The notes under the pieces were generated by a model. It made no database searches, was not told where the DNA came from, and saw nothing but the letters and a program-made list of their open reading frames with translations. Shown piece after piece: positions 24,955-35,420 of a stretch of DNA of 64,000 nucleotides. Source of the DNA: Hypanus sabinus (Eukaryota). The translations under genes and the position numbers were made by a program. The stretch covers positions 25,420,001 through 25,484,000 of the forward strand of contig NC_082731.1 in NCBI RefSeq assembly GCF_030144855.1. Direction: 5' to 3'. How positions within the stretch are numbered: the stretch's first letter is position 1; each line of letters opens with the position of its first letter.

Positions 24955-27900
24955 AACATAGAACATAGAATAGTACAGCTCATTACTGGCCTTTCGGACC
25001 ACGATGCTGGGCCGACCCTCTAACCCTGCTTCGCATATAAACCCCCAACTTAAATTTCTCCATATACCTGTCTAGTAGTCTCTTAAACTTCACTTGTGTA
25101 TCTGCCTCAAACACTGACTCAGGCAGTGCATTCCATTCACCAACCACTCTCTGAGTGAAAAAAAACGTTCCTCTAATATCGCCCTTGAACTCCCCTCACC
25201 TTACCTTAAAACCATGTCCTCTTGTACTGAGCAGTGGTGCCCTGGGGAAGAGGCGTTGGTTGTGCACTTTTCTTATTCTTCTTAATAACTTGTACACCTA
25301 TATCATGTCTCTTCTCATCCTCCTTTTCTCCAAAGAGTAAGGCCGTAGATCCTTTAATCTTTGCTCATAATCCATACTCTCTAAACCAGGCAACATCCTG
25401 GTAAATCTCCTCTGTACCCTTTCAAATGCTTCGACATCCTTCCTATACAGAGGCGACCAGAACTCGACACAGTACTAAACGTATGGCGTAACTAGAGTTT
25501 TATAGAGCTGCCTCATTACATCGCGTCTCTTAAAATCTCTCCCTCGACTTATGAAAGCTAACACCCCATAAGCTTTCTTAACTACCCTATCTACCTGTGA
25601 GGCAACTTTCAGGGATCTGTGGACATGTACCCCCAGTTCCCTCTGCTCCTCCACACTACCAAGTATCCTGCCATTTACTTTGTACTCTCCCTTGGAGTTT
25701 GTCATTACAAAGTGTACCACTTCACACTTCTCAGGGTTGAACTCCATCCGCCACTTCTCAGTCAAATTCTGCCTCCTATCAATGTCTCTCTGAAATCTTT
25801 GACAATCCCGTACACTAGAGGTCACCAAGCATTATAAGCCCAAGATTCCCTACCTCGGCCTGATTTCAAGGCAAGATCGACTGCAGAGCAATTAGTTGCA
25901 CGCATGCGCACCAGGGCAGAAAGAACCGGAAAAGAACCGGAAGGTAAACCCCGCAGGGCGGAAAAAGAAATAATTTATGAACACCACTGGTACCCACCCT
26001 TTTATACACAGCGGACCGGTTTAATATTGACAATATTCTTCCGATCCGGCCAACGGCGTGTTGAGGTTGGGGGGGGGGGGGGTGTTTAAACATGACGGGA
26101 ATACTCGATACTCGAAACAGGTTCCTTATGTCCAGTCTGTTCCGCAATTTCGTGGCTCTCGGCACTTAGCTTCTGTCCCGCGCTGCTCAGAAAATTCAAC
26201 GCATTTGTCTTTAAGTGCTGGGTATTTCGACTCAAGGTGCTGAAGCAGTTTTGAGGGCTTCATTACATCCGACAGCCTCCCGGCCCGAACTCCAGCCACC
26301 TGCCGGCCCGCCCCCAGACGCCTTGGCCGGGTGCTCTTGGTGGTGGGTCGGGTGAAAGGACAACATCAGGGCCGGTGGTCCCTGTACCGGTGGTGGGGGG
26401 GGGGGTGGAGCGGCGGTCGCAGTTCGAAGAGAGCGATCGAGCGAGCAAGCAGTGTAACAGGGAGCGTCCCGCATCACTCCCGCTCCCGTTGGGCTATCTG
26501 CCGACAGAAGTTTGTTTCAGTAGATCGCAGCGAGTTAACTGCTCTAATACTTATGGAACGTTGAGCCCGAGTTAGGTCGCCTTCGAATATTTTAGCACCG
26601 GGTTCTCCACAAATATTCGGTGAGCTAAACTGGTTTAGAGACAGCCCTCCAAGTCAGTAGCAACGGCGCTTCCCGCCGGCTGACCGAGACTAACCAGCGA
26701 ACTCCGGCGCAAGGGTATCATTGCCTTTAGGCCACTGATGACATTGAGTGCGTTCAAGTTCAACAGTTGCCGTTGCAGGGGGAGAGGAAAAGTGCAGCTG
26801 CATCATATTGTTTCATCCCGGCCGGGTGATTGGGGACCACTGAAGTTGACAGTGTGAATGCGTCAGGCGCTGTAGCTAGACGCATGCGCACGGGGCAGAA
26901 AGAACGGAACTAAAACCGCGCAACCCGGAAACAATCTCTCAGCAGTATTTGTGTTTTTTTTTCGGGATCTACTGGGAAAATCTCAAAGATCGACTAGTCA
27001 ATCGCGATCCACTGGTTGGCCACCAGTACTCCACAATATCTACAACACCAGCAACATTTGAGTCGTCTGCAAACTTGCCAACCCACCCTTCAACCCCCAC
27101 TTCCAGGACATTAACACAAATCACAAAAGGTAGAGGTCCCAGAACAGATCCTTGTGGGATACCACTAGTCACAACCCTCCAATCTGAATGTACTCAGTCC
27201 ACCACTGCCTTCTGCAGGCAAGCCAATTTGGAGTTCACATGGTCAAAATTCCCTGGATCGCATGCTTTCTGACTTTCTGTATAAGTCTACCGTGTGGAAC
27301 ATGTCATATGCCGTACAAAAATCCATGTCGATCACATCTACTGCACTATCGTCATCTACATTCCTGGTTACTTCCTCAAAGAAATCTATCAGGCCTGTTA
27401 GACACGATCTGCCCTTCACAAAGCTATGCTGACTGTCCCCGATCTGACCATGATTCTCCAAATGCCCGTAGATCCTATCTCTAAGAATCTTTTCCAACGT
27501 TTTTCCCACCACAGACTTAAGGATCACTGGGCTATAAATACCTGAACTATCCCTATTACCTTTTTTGATCAAGGGGGACAACTTCCGCGTCCGTCCAATC
27601 CTCCGGTACCACTCCTGTGGTACGAGGACACAAAGATCCTACCCAGAGGCTCAGCAATCTCCTCCCTCGCCTCCTGGAGCAGCCTGGGGAATATTCCCTC
27701 AGGCCCCGGGGATTAATCCGTCCCAATGTAATTTAACAACTCCAACACCTCCTCTGCGTTAATATCAACATGCTTCAGAACATCAACCTCACTCATATTG
27801 TCCTCACCGTCATCAAGTTCCCACTCAGTGGTAAATATCGAAGAGAAGTATTCATTGAGGACCTCGCTCACTTTCACACCGTCCAGGCACATCTTTCCAC

Positions 27901-30440
27901 TTTTTATCTCTAATCGGTCATACCTTCACTCCATGTATCCTTTTGTTCTTCTCATAATTGAAAAATGCCTTGGGGTTTTCCATTACATTACTCGCCAATG
28001 CCCTCTCATGCCCCCTTCTTGCTCTTTGCAGCCCCTTCTTAAGCTCATTTCTTGCTACCCTATATTCCTCAATAGACGCATCTGATCATTGCTTCCTAAT
28101 CCTCATGTATGCTGCCTTCTTCCACTTGACTAGTTTTTACACTTCACATGTCACCCATGGTTCCTTCACCCGACCATTCTTTATCTTCCTCACCGGGCGA
28201 AATTTATCCCGAACGTCCTGCAACAGATCCTTAAACAGCAAGCACATGTCCTTAGTACATTGCCTTGCAAAAACATTTTCCCAATTCACACTCGCAAGTT
28301 CCAGCCTTCTAGACTCATAATTTGCCCTTCCCCTATTAAAAATTCTCCTGACTTCTCTGATTCTATCGTTTTCCATGATAATGCTAAAGGCCAGGTAGCG
28401 GTGATTACTGTCCCCCAGATGCTCACCCACTGACAGATCTGTGACCAGACCCGGTTTGATACCTAATACTAGATTACATTCCTCCTCCCCCCCCCCCCAC
28501 CCCCAGTCGGCTTGTCAACATACTGTGACAGGAACCCAATCTGGACACACTTAACAAACTTTGTCGCTTCTAAATCCTTGGAACTATTCAAATGCCAATC
28601 AATATTAGGGAAGGTAACGTCACCCATGATAACAACCCTGTTATTTTTGCACCTTTCCAAGATATGCCTCCCAATCTGCTCCTCGGTATATCTGTGCCAC
28701 CAGGGGGCCTATAGAATACCCCCAGTAGTGTAACAGCTCCCTTCCCTTTCCTGTCTTCCAGCCATACTGACTCAAAAGAGGTTCCTGCTACATTACCCAA
28801 CCTTTCTGCAGCTGTAATAGTATCCCAGACTAGTAATGCCACCCTCCTACCTTCGCCCACCTCTCTATCCATTCTAAAGTACTGACATCCAGGAATATTG
28901 AGAATCCATTCTTGCTCTTTTTCGCCAGCCAAGTCTCCGTAATGGCCACGACATCATAATTGCAAATTTTATCCAAGCTCTCAGTTCATCACTTCTCTTC
29001 CTTATGCTTCTTCCATTTCAAGTGCACACAATTTAGAACTTCTACCTTACTACCTTTACACCCTTTATTCTGCTTCGCTTTCCTGAAAGCCGCTCTATAT
29101 TTTATATCTGCCTTTACTCCATGCAGGTCTTTCACTGGTGTACCGCTTCGGATCCCACCCCCTTGCAAATTAGTTTAAGCCCCCCTGAACCATGCTAGCA
29201 AGCCCACCTGAAAGGATATTGCTTCTCCAGGAATTCAGATGCAACATATCCAATCAATACAGTTTCCACCTTCACCAGAAGAGATTCCAATGATCCAACA
29301 ATGTAAATTGTTGCCCCCTGCACCAACTTCTCAGCAACGCATTCAACTGTCATCTCCAATTCTTACCATCACTATCACGTAGTACTGGCAGCAATCCCAA
29401 CAACGCCACCTTTGAGGTCCTGATCTTCAGCATTCTGCCTAGTTTCCGAAACTCACACTTCAGGACCTCATCCCTCTGCCTGTCTTTGTCGTTGGTGCCA
29501 ACATGCATCACGACTTTTGGTTGCTTTTCCTCTCGTACCAGGATGTCGTTCACCAGGTCAGAGACACCCGGACCTAGGCACCCTGGAGGCAACAAACCAT
29601 GCGGGTTTCCTTCTTAGGTCCATAAAAACTCCTGTCTGCTCCCTTAAGTAGACAGTTGCCAATTACTACAGCTCTCATCTTCTCCGTCTCATCCTTCTGC
29701 ACCACTGGTTCAGCCTCAGTGCCAGAGGCCCTGCCACATTGGCTCACAACTGGAGTGTCTTCTTCCGCAACAGCATCCAGGACGTTAAGCTTATTATTCA
29801 GGGCAATGGCTACAGAGATGCTCTGCACTACCTGTCTACTCTCCTTCGCTGTCCACCCTCGGACTGTCACCCAACGACCTGATTCGGGCATCCTAGATGT
29901 GACTACCTCCCTGTAGCTTTCATCTATGACTGGCTCATTCTCCCTTATGAGTCGAAGGTCCTCCAGCTGCTGCCCCAGATTCCTAAGACGGTCTTCCAGA
30001 GCGCCCAGCTTCAAGGACTTCTGGCAGATGTGACTACGGGAGAGGGAGTTCCTCCCAAGTCTGCCACATCTGACAGGAGAGGCACATCACTGTCTCAGGA
30101 GGCATTGTAAAGACTAACGGGGAACGAGCTGGTCCTCCGCCTCTTCTCGTCGAAGCCTCTCGAGTCAAAGCCTCAAATCTTCACTCCTTCACAGGCCTAC
30201 CCACTCAGTGGTCGCTTTCCACAGGCCGCTCCGATTGAGCTATCCCTCTATTTATTTTGTTTGAGCTTTTCAAAGTGCTTGGTCACCTGACCACGATTGC
30301 CCAATCAGCTGTTTACTGATGAGTCTGAGCTGTTCAAATCTTGATTGACTTGATTGCACAGTCCAACTGCCAAAACTGCGAGAATCTCTCGAGTCAAAGC
30401 CACAAATCTCCACTCCTTCACTGGCCCACGCACTCCCCGG
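24955..30440 (-). mobile_element. Near full-length CR1 LINE (5' UTR, ORF1 esterase, ORF2 endonuclease-RT, 3' tail), disrupted
   Basis: ORF1: ORFs 29574-30014 and 29350-29595 (VVIGN...MVCCL.GA...VVMHVGTND). Endonuclease: ORFs 28588-28932 and 28469-28660 (VIMGD..FPNIDW). RT: ORFs 27243-27581 and 26969-27172 (GIPQGSVLGP, KFADD). C-terminus: ORF 25475-25828. The tail catagaacatagaa is at about 24956. Confidence 0.92.
25816..27028. mobile_element. Non-autonomous hAT-like DNA transposon inserted in the CR1 RT
   Basis: It splits contiguous CR1 coding sequence (VAGVVDIVE|..CQRFQRD). It has imperfect 15-bp TIRs (10/15) and a degenerate 8-bp TSD (CCGTACAC/CTCCACAA), is CpG-rich and has no transposase ORF. 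Confidence 0.55.
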
Positions 30441-31973
30441 CAGATTTCCATTTCCGTTAAGTATCTCCTCCGTCCCGGATGTGTACGTGGGATAGATGTT
30501 CTGAAAGTTGTTCTTCAGTAGGCCTGGGTGGCTGAAATCACGGTGTTGTTTGGGGATCTGGGAGAGCCTTCTTTTCGCAATGGGGCAGTATCTTGTTTGT
30601 CGCGGAAGTCGCTTGGTTTTACTTTGTAAGAAGTAATAGCTATCAAGTCGTGCCACAGGTGTTGAGCAGCTTCCAGTGATTGAGTTTAGTGTACAATTGC
30701 CACGTCACACGTGCGTTGGCTTGTTAGCGATCGTACCTATTCAAAATGTTCCTGCTCTGGCCCACCAGGAGATATTGTTGGCATTTTAACAGCGACATAT
30801 TCAGACCTCATAATGTGCCCATTCGCAACCGGTACAATAAATTGTGTGCTCTTTGATGACTCGTGGAACGTTAGGTGCCCCCCGACTTTTATTAACTGTA
30901 ATTATTAAAAAGTAAGTTTTATTAAGAGAAGTATAGATTTTTTAAACATCTGACTCTGTTGATGTTTTTTTTTTTCTGACGCCCCGAATAGTTCACCTAA
31001 GAATGAGCATAATTTTAAGGTGTCAGGAACTAATTGTAGCACAGCAAAATCTGCGCTTTCGCAGTGAGAGCTAATATAATCTATATAACACTCAGCTCAA
31101 GTGAAAAGCAAATATCCTGTCAATACTGTACAACACGGAATGTGAACGTTCTGTCATCAACACTGCTGCAACCAGCATCACAAAGTCTTATTTAGTCTAA
31201 TCGTTCCTCAGCCAACAAGGTCATTATGGCTCCACAAGTTCTGTAATTATAATAATGAGACATATTACAACTGTCAATTCAAATGTTTTAGGAGCTGAGA
31301 TGAAATGTAGCCCAAGGAAGCAATAAAAACCACGTGAAATGAAACCGGATCGTTGACGTTGCTATTGTGTTATGCTATCAGTTATCTGAATATGCTTCTC
31401 CAATAAATATGCTTGTTCTTTTATTTATTTACTTGTTTGTGTTTTTATTTATTCATTAAATAGTTTGTTCGCTATTCCCCTCGCTTTTAGGAATTCATTG
31501 TACGTCATTGATGTTGTCCCTCTATATTTTCAAGAAATGCAACAACACATCTATCACACTGAAGACAATTGGACGCCAAGGACAATCTGTCTAATAAGCG
31601 CTGCGTTGAGGGCAATGTCTTGAGAGCGCAACGTCTCCCCATAATATGATGATCTCCATTTATTTTCTATACGCGTTTTCGAAAGGGAAGAGAGATCCAT
31701 ACATGTATAGCTTCATAAGAAAACAAAGTTCATAAAAAAAATGGAGCGAATGCTAGTAAAAGGCGGTGCAGACATAGACTTTATAACTATGCCTAAATTA
31801 TGCAGTGTCCAATACCAACTTAACGACGCTGTGGATTCTGAAGCAAAATGATGAGAAATTGAGAACTTAAGAGTCCGCTTTGTGGATATCAGAATTGATA
31901 ATCTCGGTAGATATACGCTCATCATTGGATACATCTGGCCCCTCCCCCTGAATTGTGTTTAAGTATCCTCATC

Positions 31974-31989
31974 TCACGTAGAGTATCAT
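31974..31989 (+). promoter_or_regulatory. Candidate V2 promoter element TCACGTAGAGTATCAT
   Basis: Identical to 3748-3763. It is preceded by TGAATTGTGTTTAAG, against TGAATTTTGTTTAAG in V1. Confidence 0.55.
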
Positions 31990-32013
31990 CATACTGCTTC
32001 TCAGATGCAGGAA

Positions 32014-32095
32014 ATGCCACCGCTGAATATTGTTTGGAAAGTCAAAATCGCATACACCTTTTCCCATATTCTTCTCGTATTATGGACATTTTTCG
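32014..32095 (+). CDS. TRAV: TCR alpha/delta V segment 2, leader exon (extended; start uncertain)
   Basis: Donor G|GTAAGT at 32096. The position of the V1 ATG is ACC (32056-32058). In-frame ATGs at 32005 and 32014 give MPPLNIVWKVKIAYTFSHILLVLWTFF. The 94-nt intron ends in TTTCATTTCAG at 32189. Confidence 0.62.
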
Positions 32096-32189
32096 GTAAG
32101 TCTGGCCTTGCTGTTCGTCTGTTGTATTTACATGTACTTCGCAGCCGTTCAACTCAGCACTGAATTCAACTCTCTAACTTTCATTTCAG

Positions 32190-32493
32190 CATATATTCGT
32201 GCAGATTCCGTGACACAACCTGAGACTGCTTTGAACGTAGCAGAAGGTGATAGTGTGAAAATAAAGTGCAGCTACACAACAGCTAGCACCGACCCTGACC
32301 TATATTGGTATCAACAACAAAAGAAGCAGCCCCTGCGCTTTATATTACACCGGGATAACAGTAGAAGAAACGACGCTGATTTTGCAAGGGGAAAGTTCGA
32401 GGCGGACAACACCAACGAAAGGAAGAAAATTCCTTTAACGATCAAACGTGCGGATATCCAGGACTCAGGGGTATACTTCTGTGCGATGAGACT
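32190..32493 (+). CDS. TRAV: TCR alpha/delta V segment 2, V exon (intact frame)
   Basis: AYIRA-DSVTQPETAL...KIKC...LYWYQQ...DSGVYFCAMR, 67/96 aa identical to V1, ending at an RSS. TRDV cannot be excluded. Confidence 0.93.
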
Positions 32494-32532
32494 CACAGTG
32501 TTTTGATACCCATCAGTCGCTGTACAAGAAAT
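32494..32532 (+). other. 23-RSS of V2: CACAGTG-23 nt-ACAAGAAAT
   Basis: Consensus heptamer 32494-32500, 23-nt spacer (19/23 identical to V1), nonamer 32524-32532 (6/9 match). Confidence 0.9.
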
Positions 32533-34299
32533 CAAAGAGTAAGCATAACCGCAAGCAATGTCATTGTTTTAGGAAACAATTATGCCATTAATCGGTATCT
32601 GCAGTAAAAACACTTTTTTTTTTAACAACACCGTTCACCCACCAACCGACACCATTTGTCTTCAAATCCCTGACGGTTCCAGAACCGTGGACTTTGTACT
32701 GTGCAGAGTAAGCCATCGTGCTGATGAAACTGAGAGTCGTTTCCTGTTTCTGATATGCGACAGTGCTTCCCCGAAAGAAAACATACTTCCCTCATCCACA
32801 GCCGCGTGTTATCGTTTACCTCGCTACCCTGAATGAAGAATATCACATCGCTCTTCAGTGCAGCTACCTGCTGACCAATAGGCCGCCCAGTTCTGGACAT
32901 CGCAGCAATTGTTGGCAACAGAGCACAGTTGATAAACCAAGATATCTATAAAATTCTAGATGTACCAATTATTCACTTTAGTTGTGCGAGTATAATGTTT
33001 TCGGATGTCACCTCCTGAAATCACCTAAATCCGGATTAATGGAAAACATGTCGTCCCTTTATTAGGCCTCTCCGTCGGCCAGCTGTGTGTTTGCAATGCG
33101 GCTGGAAGTAGGGAACTATGTAGAAAATGTGGTTGAAAACATTATCGTCTCTCCGGCGTGAAAGATATGAAAAATCCTCGTTTAATTTTTCATGAAAACC
33201 TACTCAACTTAACAGCTCCTTCGTCCCAAACCACAAGATATTCCGCGACCTAGTTGATCTGTATAAAATATGTCAAACCGCATGATGTCAGATACATTCC
33301 TTAACACAAATTGTAACAACATATCCTTTATCGCAATCAAATGCTTGCTTTTGGGGGACACGGGTTAGTGTCATTACCTAGAACTTGGTCAGTCAAAACG
33401 TGATCAAGGTAACCTGTTTGATGTTCAGGTAAATTGTCTTGCGATTCTGCAAAATATCTTTCCTGTGCATAGGTATGTGTGCGGGTTGCGACTGTAAGTG
33501 CCTTTATCGGCTTGTCAGTGATAATAGTGTGGCCTCCACTTCAGTTAAGCATGCCTTTTCAAAGAAGAGGCCAGTAGAAAAGTTGAAGTGAACAAACGAT
33601 TCGTTAAACCAAGATTGAAAACAGCAAACAAATCTTGAATTTGTTCCTCTGATTCAACAGTCTTGATCTCTCACGCAAATCCTCTTAACGTCATTGTAAC
33701 TCCACTCGTTGCCGGTCATAAATCTAATACAAAGAATCTCTCTAAGAATCAAGGATCACTTTTATTCGCCATTAATATTTGCATGCATTCAGTGTTTGCC
33801 GTGTTGTGTTGGCGTTATGTGCAACAAAAAGAAAAGAACAAGCACAACTGAATAATGGTTAAGAGATAAATTTTGTCTCTGTAACTGCTTGATTTTCCTG
33901 TGGGTGCCCCAGTTTGCTCCTACTATCTGACACCGAACGGGTTAGCAGTTTAAATATGTGGTGCTGTCTCCTTGGTCCGGAAGGGCTGTACTATGTTTTG
34001 TCGCTGAAGAAACTAAAATAGGAATGTAATTTTCTATAAATGAAGTTAGAAGCCCATATATTGAATAAAATATGCATGTCTCCAAAGAAGCCAGCATGAA
34101 TTTACAATATAAACAACGTTCAGAAGTGTATTACAATATTCACAGTGCAATGCAGAATCTGCAAAAAAAAAATTGTGGCGGGGGAGGATAATTGCAGGGA
34201 TACGTTCAAACAAGTGTACTTAATCAGGCTAATTGCTTGGCAGAAGAAACCTTCCAGACACGGTAACCTCTGTGTTCTAGCAGTCATGTCGCGACAGAT

Positions 34300-35420
34300 A
34301 GAACTGCAGCAAATCTGGAACTAAATAGTTATGAATTTGAAATATCACAGAATCAGCCTCTGATGAGTATACATTATAACTGATCTGAGTACAACTGACC
34401 TCTATTATTGAGTCTAATGGTTGTTGATATTATTGGGGTAGGAATAATGATAATGTCCTTGCAGCAACCAACATTAGCATTCTCATATTATGTTCTTTCA
34501 CAACAAAGAGATGGAGTTGTAGATACGGAACTGACTGGAGGGCCAAAAGAGGCGTTTAGAAATGTGATCAGTGAGTCAAATCTGAAGCAGAATCCGTTTA
34601 AATCTTTTGGGAGGAGGAGGTCATCCGCGAGGGTAGTGAGTATCGTCTTGTCGTTTGTAATGAACAGAGGGCTTTTGCGGACGAATGAAAAGTAATTTGC
34701 AAAACTCTAGGTTTCCACTCTGACTGAATTTTGTTGTTGTCACTTCGAACTGCTTGCTCCAATATGTACCAGCTATTTTGCAACTCCGATGTACAAATGT
34801 TTCTCCTTTTCGATACGGTTCTTCCTCCTCCTCCGGTTGCAGCTAACTACGCTCTTCATTGATCCAGGGAATTTATTGTTGAAGCCGCTCACTGCACCAC
34901 CTGCGAGGCAGGCATCTTCACAAAAGCTGTTATGGGATTCAGCTGTGTCAATGCATACATCGATGCTATCGGAACGAGATTTAAAGATGTTCCAATCCGT
35001 GTCATCAAAGCAAAATCGTGGCATTTATTTGGGATTAGTGTGTCATCTTTTTACAAATTCATTAGTTGGTTTCAGTGTTTTAGTTTGGAGTCTGTATGCA
35101 GGAATGAACTGTCTTAACCAGGATATCCAAAGTCTCCTGGCATGTCAGCTGATAGTCAACTTTAATCAGGCTGTAGCAATGATCCGGAATGTTACCCTTC
35201 TAATAGTGCAGTTGATGTGTTGGTGAACAAAAGGAAGTTCGAATTTTAAGGTAGTATAGTTAAAATGGAGCAATAATCACAACCGGTTTTATCAGACTCT
35301 TTAATCAGATCGTTAAGTGTTTGTTGCGCTTTACTTCAGGGGACACTGCACACACCTGCCAAGATGACGGAAGTAAAGTTTCACGGAGAATAAAAAGGTT
35401 TTCGAATTAAGGAATGCTGA
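34300..35420 (-). mobile_element. Ancient Rex1/Babar-type LINE fossil, cassette 2 copy
   Basis: ORF 34773-35024 (CFDDTDWNIF...SFCEDAC...FNNK). CTTTAATCAGGCTGTAGCAAT is shared between about 35160 and about 12132. Confidence 0.7.

Noticed and set aside
25866-26575. GC-rich ORFs suggesting a CpG-island host gene exon
   Set aside because: The segment interrupts contiguous CR1 coding sequence and has TIR-like ends. The ORFs are low-complexity (poly-G/Pro).
3960-32493. NAR-TCR supporting V, IgNAR V or IgH-like V identity
   Set aside because: Both segments have their own leader exon and only the two canonical cysteines in the V domain, and no D segments or upstream NAR-type V are seen. They look like conventional alpha/delta V segments.
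32030-32506. 158-aa single-exon ORF
   Set aside because: It starts at TTG and reads through the leader intron in a frame different from exon 1. The real structure is a spliced leader plus V exon, and the terminal TVF* is RSS read-through.
34789-35226. 145-aa + strand ORF
   Set aside because: Antisense shadow of the Rex1-type fossil.
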